Positions 50,459-60,750 of a DNA stretch of 64,000 bases are shown here, one piece after another (positions within the stretch are counted from its first letter, which is position 1; every line of letters starts with the position of its first letter). Location of the stretch: IMG/VR virus record IMGVR_UViG_3300030019_000003, positions 188,160 through 252,159 of that record; one strand, 5' to 3'. A program made the translations under genes and the position numbers. The notes below the pieces were generated by a model that worked only from the letters and a program-made list of their open reading frames with translations, had not been told where the DNA came from and ran no database searches.

Positions 50459-50553
50459 GCTTCATCCTTAATGTGTGATTATCATAGATACCAATGGATA
50501 CAAATAATTAATCGCCCAGAGATTAACTGAAATTATCAAAAAGGACATGCCTG

Positions 50554-51456
50554 ATGATGAACTATGAAATACAAGATTATCTTGACAGTTATTTAAGAGA
50601 GGCTTTAATTGCTAATAAATATGTTATGTATCGCCGTCTTTTTAATTTGTTGTTTAATCTCAACACTACGATCAAAAATAATAATCATATCGAGCTTGAT
50701 GATCTTCAGGGTGAAATGATTGATACTATTACCGTATACGAAGACGATACGGACTCTGTTAATTTACATCTTGAGGTGGTGTTTACAAAAGCCATGAAAA
50801 CTTATATTGGTAGATACGGCATTATTATAAGCGATGATGCAACTTTATCAGATTATGAAGCGATACTATTAGGATATTATAACCTGATAAATCCTGATCC
50901 TAACATGATAGAATATATACAGATGCAGTTAGAGGATATAGAGTATGAAGATAACCTATTAAAACTTGCTAGTATCTTAAGTATGAATTCTACTAAATCA
51001 GTTACATCAGTATATGAAGTACTGGATGATGTTAGAGAGGATATTTTTATACTACTAGCAACTTACTTCAGTAACATGCTAGATGTTAATGGTGAACCAC
51101 TTACGGATAATACTATCGATATTGTGTTAGCTTTAACAAAAGCTGATCCAGGTTTTAATAATACCTTTATATTAAAAGATGTTATTATTAATGGTTACCG
51201 TGCTGTTGGTATTGACATGCTGTTAACAGATCTTTACAGTAATATTAATAAGCATACTAATGATTACAATCTTATACCCTATGAGATCGTTGCGACGCTA
51301 TACATAGCAAATGATACTAAGGATGACATGTTGTCAGGATACTTAGAAAAATTTAATATGGAAGCATTAGTGTTCATGCAGAATGAAAGTGGTAAAGAAG
51401 TTATTAATGCTGCCGTAGAAATGTTAATAAATAAGATATATGCGAGTCTAACATGA
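50554..51456 (+). CDS. hypothetical protein (phiKZ gp79-like position)
   Basis: 300-aa acidic ORF coupled via ATGA to the RNAP subunit gene. Confidence 0.65.
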   Translation: MMNYEIQDYLDSYLREALIANKYVMYRRLFNLLFNLNTTIKNNNHIELDDLQGEMIDTITVYEDDTDSVNLHLEVVFTKAMKTYIGRYGIIISDDATLSDYEAILLGYYNLINPDPNMIEYIQMQLEDIEYEDNLLKLASILSMNSTKSVTSVYEVLDDVREDIFILLATYFSNMLDVNGEPLTDNTIDIVLALTKADPGFNNTFILKDVIINGYRAVGIDMLLTDLYSNINKHTNDYNLIPYEIVATLYIANDTKDDMLSGYLEKFNMEALVFMQNESGKEVINAAVEMLINKIYASLT

Positions 51457-52718
51457 AAGCAACTGAATACTTTTTAAAAATGATACAAACAGATCATGTC
51501 TTTAAACTTAAATGGTATTATTCTGTTTTTGCACTTATAAGTAAGAATGCGACTGCTAATGAGTACCTTAAGATAGAAGAAGACAGTTACTACGTTCTTA
51601 TAGAAAAAGAATGGATTAAGATAGATGATAGACTTCCTGTTGATGGCGCGTTATTAAGTATGATGGAACCTATCGTTTTAGAAAAAGATAGTTTAGAGAA
51701 TGTACATGAGCGTTTAGAAACAACAATCGGTCTAACAGTTATGAATGTTCTTTACTTCACATCTATCTTTGGTACTATGTTTAATTTTCAAAATAAAGCT
51801 ATGACACCTAAAAGTGTTGAGAATATGGTCATCACCGCCTATAAAAAAGATGCTATAACGGTAGAACAATATCACAGCTTTATGGATGTTGGTACCTTCT
51901 TAGAAGGTCTTGCAAGAATCATAACCGTATCAATTACGCCTAAGACCATTGTTCCTCCCCCTGGTATTAAGGAATACTCTATAAAAGTGCGAGAAGAGAT
52001 GGTTGCCAAGTATGGTACTAACTGGGTAAAAGATAGATCTAGAATTGTTGAGTATGAAGAGGCTCTTAAGAAGTATGATAAGGCTTGGCTAAAAGATGAT
52101 CCTTCTTTAGGTAAACTTATGTCTGGTAAGATACTTAATGATGCCAGGGTTAAAATGAATTTAGGATTTGGGGCAGAGTCTGCGTTTGATGAAACAGGTA
52201 CCGATGTTAATCTTATTACTAACTCATTACTAGACGGTTATCCGAAGGATGCTGCTTCATTAGCTGTTATTTTTAACACTTCAAGAGCAGGGTCATTCTT
52301 TAGGGGCCATGAGACACAGAAAGGCGGTGCCAGTGCTAAAGACCTACTAAGAGCTACTGCTGGTATCGTTATTGTTCCTGGCGATTGTAACACCCGCCTA
52401 GGCCATCCTGTGACGGTTGGTAAATGGATGGGAGATAATCTTACAGGTAGATATATTATAGAAGGTGACAAAGTTTCTAAAATAGAAAACATGTTTGATT
52501 ATATAGGTAAGACTATTGTTATTAGATCTCCACAATATTGTAATCAGGCTAATGGTATTTGTTCTATATGTTCAGGTGAGGTTATGGCTAAATATCCTAA
52601 CGGTGTATCTATTTTAGCCACAGATATTTCAGGAGCTATGTTAAATAGTTCGTTAAAGAAAATGCATGCTTCAAAGTCAACAACTATGAAGTTTAATATA
52701 AAAGAAACTATCCGCTAA
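51453..52718 (+). CDS. virion RNA polymerase beta-prime subunit fragment (phiKZ gp80-like)
   Basis: SRAGSFFRG.ET..GG, GDCNT, IRSPQYC...ICSIC zinc site, SLKKMH. Confidence 0.85.
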   Translation: MKATEYFLKMIQTDHVFKLKWYYSVFALISKNATANEYLKIEEDSYYVLIEKEWIKIDDRLPVDGALLSMMEPIVLEKDSLENVHERLETTIGLTVMNVLYFTSIFGTMFNFQNKAMTPKSVENMVITAYKKDAITVEQYHSFMDVGTFLEGLARIITVSITPKTIVPPPGIKEYSIKVREEMVAKYGTNWVKDRSRIVEYEEALKKYDKAWLKDDPSLGKLMSGKILNDARVKMNLGFGAESAFDETGTDVNLITNSLLDGYPKDAASLAVIFNTSRAGSFFRGHETQKGGASAKDLLRATAGIVIVPGDCNTRLGHPVTVGKWMGDNLTGRYIIEGDKVSKIENMFDYIGKTIVIRSPQYCNQANGICSICSGEVMAKYPNGVSILATDISGAMLNSSLKKMHASKSTTMKFNIKETIR

Positions 52719-52771
52719 TATTTTATATACAGTGTAATAGTTGATAAAACAACATTAAGAAGGGGTTCCGT

Positions 52772-53602
52772 ATGGACGATATTTTAGATTTGTTAGAGAG
52801 TAATGAGAAACCGTCGTTTCAGAATGAAGGTAACTCCGCAGAAAAACCTGCAACTGAGTGGAAACCTAAAAGTGACTGGAAGCCACGTGGGGAGTGGAAA
52901 CCTAACAGTAACTATAGTGGTGGTACTCGTAAACCATTTGTAAGTCTTTGGAATAAAAAAGACTTTACACCTAAAGAGATTAAGATCTCTGAGTTAACAC
53001 GTAAAAAAGCATTTATGGTTGTTATTGCCAACAAAACCTCTTTACCAGATAACATTAATAAACTTCTCGTTAACATGTCGTTGATGTTGTCTAAAGCAGG
53101 TTATACTTTTAGATGTAATGCTGACAAAAACGATGTCGTGCAGCTTACGATTCTAAACAAGATTAAAGAAGAGGGTGATGCCGCTAAAGGTGACCCTAAA
53201 TTTGAAGTTTACTTACCTTGGGCAAAGTTTAACGAGGATATTGAAAAACCAACGATGACGTATCCTAATGAGGCTGGTTACAGTATTGCTGTTAATATGC
53301 ACAATACATTCTACGATCAAAAAGAGTCTGTGAGAGCAATCATCTCGAGAGATGTTCATATGAGTCTAGGTACAACAGGTACCGAAGCTGTAGAGTTCAT
53401 GGTGATCTATACAGAGTGTGGATCAGAATCTATTGGACAACATCCTGATTATAGAAAACTAGGTAATGCTACATTCTATATTAAACTTGCCGAGAAGGCA
53501 AACATTCCTGTATTCAATGTTAAGAATCCAGAATCGATTAAAAGACTGTCAGAGTTTATTAAATCAAAACAGGCGCTAGCCGAGGTTACAGGTGAGGAGT
53601 AA
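52772..53602 (+). CDS. SLOG/DprA-like Rossmann-fold protein
   Basis: EVYLPWAKFN, RDVHMSLG, EFMVIYT and A...NIPVFN motifs. Confidence 0.5.
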   Translation: MDDILDLLESNEKPSFQNEGNSAEKPATEWKPKSDWKPRGEWKPNSNYSGGTRKPFVSLWNKKDFTPKEIKISELTRKKAFMVVIANKTSLPDNINKLLVNMSLMLSKAGYTFRCNADKNDVVQLTILNKIKEEGDAAKGDPKFEVYLPWAKFNEDIEKPTMTYPNEAGYSIAVNMHNTFYDQKESVRAIISRDVHMSLGTTGTEAVEFMVIYTECGSESIGQHPDYRKLGNATFYIKLAEKANIPVFNVKNPESIKRLSEFIKSKQALAEVTGEE

Positions 53603-53644
53603 TCCTCATCTGTTTTTTTGAATATCATACATTAAGGAAACACA

Positions 53645-54613
53645 ATGGCTAGAAATACTAAAGATACCGAATCAGGTGTAACACCAGTAGACGAAACTAC
53701 TGCAGTACCTGATAGTAATACAGCAATCGATACTACAGGTACATCACCAGTAGATGAATCACCTGATCTTGACACAGTTGATCAAGCTCCAGAACAAGAA
53801 TCTACACCAGATGTAGAAAGTGCGTCAGTTGATACAAGTACGCCACCAGATATGCTTCAGGTAGAATCTCAACCTGCAGATGGCGCAACATCGACACCGG
53901 CTACTGAGGAACCTAATACTGATATACCTCCTGTAGATCAAACGCTTACTCCCGCAGATGTTGAAAAAGAACCAGAGGTAGTACAACAAGACCCAGCTAC
54001 AAATCAAGCATTACCAGAAGCACCACTTGATGATGCATCTGCTGATAGTATTGAAACAGCAACACCAGAAGTAGAGACTATTCCTACTCCTGTAAGTCCT
54101 AGCGTTGTTAGCGTTAAAGCGATCATTGCTTCTGACGATAAAACAATTATCGAAAAACTTGAAGCTATCATGGCTTGCGGTATTCCTGTTTATCAATTGT
54201 TAGCAGGTAATCTACATAACTATATTAAACGTATGGATGGCACTGAAGTTGTTAGTAACACTGAAGGTGCTGCTTTAAATCATAGCCTTTACACCACTAT
54301 TGTTAATGCTGCAGATACCGAAGACAAGTCAACGTTTAAAACGCTTTTTGATATCATCAACCTAACATTCGCACATCATAAAGAGGGTGTGTTTAGTTTG
54401 GAATCATTAATGCGATTTGACCAAGATTGGAAATACGGTGCTGAGAAATTACTAGGATTTAGATATATCGCGACATTGATTCATCATTTATCGGATATCA
54501 CAACTCGTAAAGACAATCTTAATTCTATCAGCATTGATGCTGCGGTTAAACCTGAGAGAACAGGTTTTGGAAAAACACTGATCGATAACATTAAACATTA
54601 CTATATGTCATAA
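53645..54613 (+). CDS. putative virion protein with an acidic Pro/Thr-rich N-terminal half
   Basis: About 150 low-complexity D/E/T/P residues followed by a helical domain. Confidence 0.55.
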   Translation: MARNTKDTESGVTPVDETTAVPDSNTAIDTTGTSPVDESPDLDTVDQAPEQESTPDVESASVDTSTPPDMLQVESQPADGATSTPATEEPNTDIPPVDQTLTPADVEKEPEVVQQDPATNQALPEAPLDDASADSIETATPEVETIPTPVSPSVVSVKAIIASDDKTIIEKLEAIMACGIPVYQLLAGNLHNYIKRMDGTEVVSNTEGAALNHSLYTTIVNAADTEDKSTFKTLFDIINLTFAHHKEGVFSLESLMRFDQDWKYGAEKLLGFRYIATLIHHLSDITTRKDNLNSISIDAAVKPERTGFGKTLIDNIKHYYMS

Positions 54614-54625
54614 CGATGTTAAAGC

Positions 54626-54669
54626 CTAACACTAACCAGGATATCCTGGTTAGTGTTAGTTACTTTTTT
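54626..54669 (+). terminator. palindromic terminator
   Basis: CTAACACTAACCAGGATATCCTGGTTAGTGTTAG followed by a T-run. Confidence 0.7.
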
Positions 54670-54885
54670 CAATAGTATATCTTAAGGTGATAAAAAAACA
54701 CTAGATAACGAACTTAACCATTATCTAGTGAAATTCATAAAGGGGCCCCAACGCGTACTTAAGAAGGGTCGGTTGTAATGTTAGGGCAGTGAGACGGGAG
54801 GATAGGGCATCTCAACTAATAGGTTATTAAATCCCAAGAAGTTATAAATATATATTATAAAGGTAATAACTTAAAGGAGTATCCT

Positions 54886-55158
54886 ATGAAAAAAGAAATT
54901 ATTGTGTTGTGCTTATGCGCACTAATAAGTTTTGTGTTAGTTCTTATCTACATGTCATGTGATCTAGAAATAAAACTAGGTGTCGTGATTGGATTACTAG
55001 TGTCATCAATAATTGCGTGGAAAAAAGGTTTAAAAGAGTTTAAAAGTCTTAATACTATTAATACTGTCAACAACAGATTACTTAATGATATTAATACGAT
55101 GCAAAAAATGTCTAGAAGAGACAACACGTTACTACGTGCATTAACCTGTAAAGGATAA
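54886..55158 (+). CDS. small two-TM membrane protein
   Basis: Two hydrophobic helices, AAGGAG RBS. Confidence 0.6.
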   Translation: MKKEIIVLCLCALISFVLVLIYMSCDLEIKLGVVIGLLVSSIIAWKKGLKEFKSLNTINTVNNRLLNDINTMQKMSRRDNTLLRALTCKG

Positions 55159-55161
55159 GTA

Positions 55162-55959
55162 ATGAAAAAGATTGCTGTGCATGATGGTAAATTTCATGCT
55201 GATGAGATTCTAGCAGTAGCTCTGCTAGATGTATTTCTAAAAGAAAATTTTGATGTTACACGCGTTGGTCATGATGAAGTAGAGTTTGATAACTATGATT
55301 TCGTTATTGATGTTGGTCTACACTATGATCGTGTTAAATATTTTGATCACCATCAGAATGCTAAGGGAACACCTGCAGCTTGTTTCATGGTATGGGAGTA
55401 TTTAAAATACAGATTAAGTCTTGAACAATATGGCTATACCGAAATCGATGAACTTGTTAAGTACTGTAGCGAAAACGATGTTGGTAACAACATGGCTATC
55501 GTAGGTAGTTTACCTTATATTGTCGGATTGTATAACAATGAAAATATTTACAGTCCTAAACAACATGTTGCCTTTCTTAATGTTCTTACATTAGTAACTT
55601 CTATCATTGGAGCTATGAAAGAAATGCAGGATAAGATCAATTGTGAGAACGCTGTTGTAGATTCATTATCGATCGACGAATGTGGTATCCTATGGTTGCC
55701 ATGTTATTTACACGCGATGAAAAGAATTAATGGTTTTACAAGACCAGAGGTTAAATACATAGCGTGGTATGAGAGTGAGAAGCAACAATGGTATCTCAGA
55801 GTACCTAATACAGGTGATGGTAGCTATAACCTTGTTAGTGATCCATTACAGTCATCTGAGTTGGCAACATTTGTACATGCTTCTGGTTTCTTAGCTACTT
55901 TTAAAACAGAAGAGAATATTAAAAAATATTTTAAGGAATTCCTATGCAAGACGATTTAA
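55162..55959 (+). CDS. MYG1 (UPF0160) family DHH-like exonuclease
   Basis: IAVHDGKFHADE, IDVG, FDHHQ, FVHASGF. Confidence 0.85.
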   Translation: MKKIAVHDGKFHADEILAVALLDVFLKENFDVTRVGHDEVEFDNYDFVIDVGLHYDRVKYFDHHQNAKGTPAACFMVWEYLKYRLSLEQYGYTEIDELVKYCSENDVGNNMAIVGSLPYIVGLYNNENIYSPKQHVAFLNVLTLVTSIIGAMKEMQDKINCENAVVDSLSIDECGILWLPCYLHAMKRINGFTRPEVKYIAWYESEKQQWYLRVPNTGDGSYNLVSDPLQSSELATFVHASGFLATFKTEENIKKYFKEFLCKTI

Positions 55960-56426
55960 CAATTATAAAAGAGTTGGTATTACTAAGAGTAGACGAAGAC
56001 AGTCTTCCTAAGTTAACAAGTAGAAATGATACTTTTCAAGCGGTTATTAATCGTATTGTTAAAGTAGCCCCTACCTTAAATAAACTGGATGCTGCTTCAG
56101 TACACAATGTTCCTGTGAAATTAGATGCAGGTGATTTCTTTATCACTGCATTTCATTCTAAGAAACCCTATGCGGATATGTTACCTGAGACACAAATCAT
56201 TGTGTTCAGGGTATTGGAAGAAGCCGATCCTATCATTGAGACCTATCGTGCCTTTGTACCAGCATCTGAGAACATCGTGAAGATGGTAAGATTACTTCCA
56301 CATGAATATATGCGATCATGCCCTATGTTAGGAAGTATCATTAGTGGCATCAGTGCCGAATTAACATACTTCATCGCTAACACTCCTGTGTTAGAGATAA
56401 CTGATCCAGATGAAGAACTAGTCTAG
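55944..56426 (+). CDS. hypothetical protein
   Basis: 160 aa, AAGGA RBS. Confidence 0.6.
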   Translation: MQDDLTIIKELVLLRVDEDSLPKLTSRNDTFQAVINRIVKVAPTLNKLDAASVHNVPVKLDAGDFFITAFHSKKPYADMLPETQIIVFRVLEEADPIIETYRAFVPASENIVKMVRLLPHEYMRSCPMLGSIISGISAELTYFIANTPVLEITDPDEELV

Positions 56427-56455
56427 CAGATACAGGGATATCCCTGTATCTGCTA
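56424..56455. terminator. perfect palindrome between convergent genes
   Basis: TAGCAGATACAGGGATATCCCTGTATCTGCTA. Confidence 0.7.
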
Positions 56456-56459
56456 TTAA

Positions 56460-57674
56460 CTAACTTTTATTTTTGTACATCGATCTTAAAAATACATAAA
56501 GTAAAATACCTATTGTTATAGTCGTTATCATCCACTTTGTCTTAACACCTGTAGCGGATTGAGCTATATTAAATAAATAGTTTTTAATATACTTAACTTC
56601 GGGACTCTTTACAGAGCTACTGCTCCAAAATCCTTTCATACGATTAAGACAATCTAAAACCTGTTTATTATACTCATCTACGATACCACACTGGCGTAAG
56701 TAACTAATAGAGGTTATAATACCGATTCCTATAAAATCATTCTTAGTAGATGATTCAACAGGTATCTTCTCAGAAAGATAACGCAAGGTTGTAACAAAAT
56801 GTTCCTCAGGTATATTCGGCATAACATGCTTTATTAAATAGACAAGATCGTTATTAATAAAGTCATTAGGACGACTATAGGTATCTCGTACATAATGTAC
56901 ATAAGATTCATGAGAACTAGTAACAGCCTTTGAACCCATACCGCCTTCATCATCTTCTTCTAGTACTGAGCTAGAATAGACTTTCTCATTCTTCTTATTA
57001 ACATCTATTAGTACAGTATAGATGTTCTTAATAGCCTCTCTTATCCTACCCTGCATATCAGCAATGGCTCTAACAGCATCCTCTGTTGTACCACGTTTAA
57101 CTCTATCATAATGTAGACCACCTAGGATAACATCTTTAGCACGGTGATCAAAGACCTTTTGCCATGTTCCAAAACGTTTAATCAAATATCTATTAGATAG
57201 TCTTTCATAAACAGCTTTGGCTGTAGCAATATCAACATTATAAATAAAGTAATGCGTTATAAGGGAACTTATTACCTTATAAGCAAAAACATAATAAGCT
57301 TCAATAACATCATTAGGATACTGGCTAATCTTATTTTCATTCTTTGTAAACATGTGCATTAACCAGAAGATTGTTAGATAAGTAGGATTACTTGTAGTTG
57401 CTCTGGTTTTATCAATTCCTGGTACTTTGTAAAGGTCATAACGTAAAGAAGGTAAATCACATTTTACAACATTTGTGTAAAAGAGATTCTCATCTGCATC
57501 GCTAAAACGGATGGGGTGAACACCAGTTAAGTTACCACCTAAAAAATCAACATACATGTCTGACTTTTGTGTCCATTTTATTCTAAAGCGTTGTAGAGCA
57601 GAGTAAAGCTCCTTGTCATAACTGATGTGTTTGAGGTGTTCCTCAAACACATCCTTTATTTCATTATGTTTCAC
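56460..57674 (-). CDS. conserved phiKZ-like hypothetical protein
   Basis: 404 aa; FLGGNLTGVHPIRF and LSNRYLIKRFGTW motifs. Confidence 0.65.
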   Translation of the reverse strand: MKHNEIKDVFEEHLKHISYDKELYSALQRFRIKWTQKSDMYVDFLGGNLTGVHPIRFSDADENLFYTNVVKCDLPSLRYDLYKVPGIDKTRATTSNPTYLTIFWLMHMFTKNENKISQYPNDVIEAYYVFAYKVISSLITHYFIYNVDIATAKAVYERLSNRYLIKRFGTWQKVFDHRAKDVILGGLHYDRVKRGTTEDAVRAIADMQGRIREAIKNIYTVLIDVNKKNEKVYSSSVLEEDDEGGMGSKAVTSSHESYVHYVRDTYSRPNDFINNDLVYLIKHVMPNIPEEHFVTTLRYLSEKIPVESSTKNDFIGIGIITSISYLRQCGIVDEYNKQVLDCLNRMKGFWSSSSVKSPEVKYIKNYLFNIAQSATGVKTKWMITTITIGILLYVFLRSMYKNKS

Positions 57675-57850
57675 TTCGTATCTTTAAGCATGGCCGCAGC
57701 CTGTTGCCTAATAGTTTGCCCCATGTACGCAGCAGGGGTTGATGGTTTTTTAGATTTATCCGTAGCGTTTGTATTAAATACTCTTGGAGGTTTCTTCTCC
57801 CCCATTTTTACAATAGCCATAGATGAATCACTATGATTTCTTGTCATCAT
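57671..57850 (-). CDS. small basic hypothetical protein
   Basis: GAGGAGG RBS before ATG 57850; coupled to both neighbours. Confidence 0.45.
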   Translation of the reverse strand: MMTRNHSDSSMAIVKMGEKKPPRVFNTNATDKSKKPSTPAAYMGQTIRQQAAAMLKDTK

Positions 57851-58436
57851 TTGCAGCCTCCTCTTTAACGATTTCATTAATTTTAAATGTGTTAAGTTTA
57901 TCCTTAGGATTAACTTCTATGGTCTGGCTATAAACATTACCTTGTGAATCTTTACCACGCCACGATAACACACATTCACCTACGATCTCTAATACAGGAT
58001 AAGGTGAGATGTATTCATTATTACCACGGATCTTGCCACTCGCACCAGCGCCTAATAATGCAGCTTTTACAGAATGCTTATAGGTAACATCTACAAAGTT
58101 AAAGTTAGGAATTTCCCAGAAGAGTAAGATATCTTGTTTGTGACCAGGATCGTTATCAATAGTGATACAATAGAGTTCGTTACCGCGAGTATCTTTAACA
58201 CAAACTCCTTTTTTCATAACAGGTTTTAGAATGTAATTATTATTATTAAGCTCTAATACGTCATTAACAGTTCTAGGTGAAAAAAACTTATGGTTAAGAG
58301 AACACACATAGCTCCATAATTTCTGAGCTCTGCGCCCATGCCATATATTAAAATAGAGACTTCCTGTTCTTAAGTTTTCGATAACGGTAGCTTGGGCTGG
58401 ACTAGCTGTTTCACTATTTAATCTTACAACTCGCAT
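57831..58436 (-). CDS. hypothetical protein
   Basis: 201 aa, AAGGA RBS. Confidence 0.65.
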   Translation of the reverse strand: MRVVRLNSETASPAQATVIENLRTGSLYFNIWHGRRAQKLWSYVCSLNHKFFSPRTVNDVLELNNNNYILKPVMKKGVCVKDTRGNELYCITIDNDPGHKQDILLFWEIPNFNFVDVTYKHSVKAALLGAGASGKIRGNNEYISPYPVLEIVGECVLSWRGKDSQGNVYSQTIEVNPKDKLNTFKINEIVKEEAANDDKKS

Positions 58437-58527
58437 TAGATATCCTTGTCATTTTGTCACTGAATACGGTATGGGTAATATTCGATAATGACTGGAATAA
58501 TTGAAAGAATGAAAAAAAGGAAAGCCC

Positions 58528-60336
58528 GTGGTATTGACAAAATATACTTTAGGGGAATATGGTTTCTTATTAAAAGATCCACCATCCTCTCCGGAATTTA
58601 ACAAAATAGCGACGGACTTGTCGCCTATGCAATTAGCTGTAGTGGCCAATCGTGTTAGTGCTACTGTGAAAAGTGAAGAATTAATAGAGCTTGTCTATAA
58701 TAATCTTAACCTTTATAAGGATATAGAATTATTAAAAGATGTCTATGTAGGTGCTGATCTTATCGTATCCCATATTAACAAAGGGTCGCGAATAGGTTTA
58801 GTTACAGACTACGATTCTGATGGTATTAACTCAGCCGTTGTTTTAACAAAAACGATGCTAGATGTTTTTAAAATACCTAAAGAAAAAGTTGTTACTATTA
58901 TTAATAAACGAAAAAATGGTAACGGATTTAATAAGATTCTTATAGATACGGTACTAACAGAAAAGAATACAAGAGGACTAGATATTATTATTTGTGCTGA
59001 TCATGGCTCAAGTGATAATATTGCTTTTAAGGTACTTAAAGAAGCTGGTCTAGATATAGTATTAACCGATCACCATCAGATTCCTGAAAGTAATTATCCA
59101 GCCTATGCAGATGTTGTTATTAACAATCAGAGAGCAGATAGTTATTTTTCTAAGGATGTCTCTGGGTGCTGTGTTGCGTTCATAACAATGTTAGCGACAT
59201 TTGAAAAACTATACGGTCGTAAAGCCGAAACAGAATTTGATGCTATTCTTCCTTATGTATGTATCTCTACAGTTACAGATGTTATGGCATTAAATGTTTC
59301 TTATAATCGACACCTTATAGCCTCAGGTCTTAATGAGATTAATTCTTATAGAAATAAAACATGGGCTGCTATCTTTAGTGCGCTAGGCATTTCTGGAAAG
59401 ATAACCTATAAAGATATAGGTTTTAAAATAGGACCATTGATAAACACAGGTAATAGATTAGATTGTGAAGAGTTAGTATTTGAACTCTTAATGGAAAAAG
59501 AGCACAAACAGGCATTTCAATTAGCTCTTAAGTTATCAGAATTTAACGATTACCGTAAAGAGGTAACTAAAAAGCTTCATAAGCATATTATTGCTAATTA
59601 TGAACATGATGATGCTAAAGTAGTCGTATGTGTTACCGAAACAGATATTGATGTTAAAGGTATCATTGCTACTAAAGTAGGATTAATGCTAGGTAAGACA
59701 TGTGTATGTTTTACAGAAAAAGATACTAAGTACTCTGGTAGTGCTAGAGGAATTGTTTATGGTGTTAATGTTCATGATGCTTTAACACGTATTACAACAG
59801 AACATCCTGGTATCATTTGTATAGCTGATAGCGGACAACCAGAATACGGTGGTCATGAGGGTGCTGCTGGTGTTAATGTTTATAAAGATAAACTAGACGC
59901 TTTTAAAGAGGCTTTTAATACTTATATTTCAGAACAACTTTCTAATATAGTAGTATCAGATACAATTACGGTAGATGCTATTATTAAAAATGTAGATATA
60001 ACCCCTAACTTACCTATGGTCTTAGATGTTTGTGGCCCATATGGTAAAGACTGGGAGAAACCTCTTTTAATCTCTACCTTTAAACTTGATACTATTATTA
60101 ATATGGGATCAATATGTAAAATCATGTTACGATGTGACAACGGGGCTATTGTAGAAGGATTCCATTTCTTTAACACTATTGGTAAATATACTGCTAAGAA
60201 CATTAAAGAATTTATACATAGAGGTGACGAAGTAGTTGTATCGTATAATGTTGACATAGAACGATATAACGATGTCTATGGTGTATCTATAACGATCAAC
60301 TCTATTGAAAAAATAAGGACAAATGATGGGGACTAA
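58528..60336 (+). CDS. recJ: RecJ-like ssDNA exonuclease (DHH/DHHA1)
   Basis: DYDSDG, ADHG, TDHH, TVTDV, GPLINTGNRL, GSARG, GGHEGAAG, PYG. Confidence 0.9.
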   Translation: MVLTKYTLGEYGFLLKDPPSSPEFNKIATDLSPMQLAVVANRVSATVKSEELIELVYNNLNLYKDIELLKDVYVGADLIVSHINKGSRIGLVTDYDSDGINSAVVLTKTMLDVFKIPKEKVVTIINKRKNGNGFNKILIDTVLTEKNTRGLDIIICADHGSSDNIAFKVLKEAGLDIVLTDHHQIPESNYPAYADVVINNQRADSYFSKDVSGCCVAFITMLATFEKLYGRKAETEFDAILPYVCISTVTDVMALNVSYNRHLIASGLNEINSYRNKTWAAIFSALGISGKITYKDIGFKIGPLINTGNRLDCEELVFELLMEKEHKQAFQLALKLSEFNDYRKEVTKKLHKHIIANYEHDDAKVVVCVTETDIDVKGIIATKVGLMLGKTCVCFTEKDTKYSGSARGIVYGVNVHDALTRITTEHPGIICIADSGQPEYGGHEGAAGVNVYKDKLDAFKEAFNTYISEQLSNIVVSDTITVDAIIKNVDITPNLPMVLDVCGPYGKDWEKPLLISTFKLDTIINMGSICKIMLRCDNGAIVEGFHFFNTIGKYTAKNIKEFIHRGDEVVVSYNVDIERYNDVYGVSITINSIEKIRTNDGD

Positions 60337-60742
60337 TGTTGTTGGTATACCTACCCTAACCGCTGATGGTTCAATAACAGATTATTACGAAATACTCAAA
60401 AAGCAATTTGAATATTTCTTAGCCTGTGATCATTCGCAGTCTAATTATTTTATAGGTAACATACAGAGTTTGAAGTATATACTTACTTTAAAGAAAGATC
60501 CTAACGATATAGCCTATGCTATTAAAGAGGCTCTTAAAGCTTTGTATGCTAGTTACTTTACGTCAACAACAATAAGTATCAACATCGATGATAGTACAAG
60601 TATTGTTGTCTATACTATTGATGTTAAAGCCTATGTTGGAACAACTCTTTATGAAATGAGCGGAGTTATTGATGGAACGCTTGCTAACACTAACAACTAC
60701 GCTGAAGCGTTAGCTAATCTGATTAAAAAATACTATTATTAA
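60323..60742 (+). CDS. putative baseplate wedge (gp25-like) protein
   Basis: 139 aa; FEYFLACDHSQS...SLKY motif and alpha/beta layout. Confidence 0.4.
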   Translation: MMGTNVVGIPTLTADGSITDYYEILKKQFEYFLACDHSQSNYFIGNIQSLKYILTLKKDPNDIAYAIKEALKALYASYFTSTTISINIDDSTSIVVYTIDVKAYVGTTLYEMSGVIDGTLANTNNYAEALANLIKKYYY

Positions 60743-60750
60743 GGCAACCT

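Noticed and set aside
54730-54830. Possible tRNA in the GC-richer intergenic segment
   Set aside because: No cloverleaf, TTCGA T-loop or CCA end found by eye; no tRNA gene was recognised anywhere in the window.
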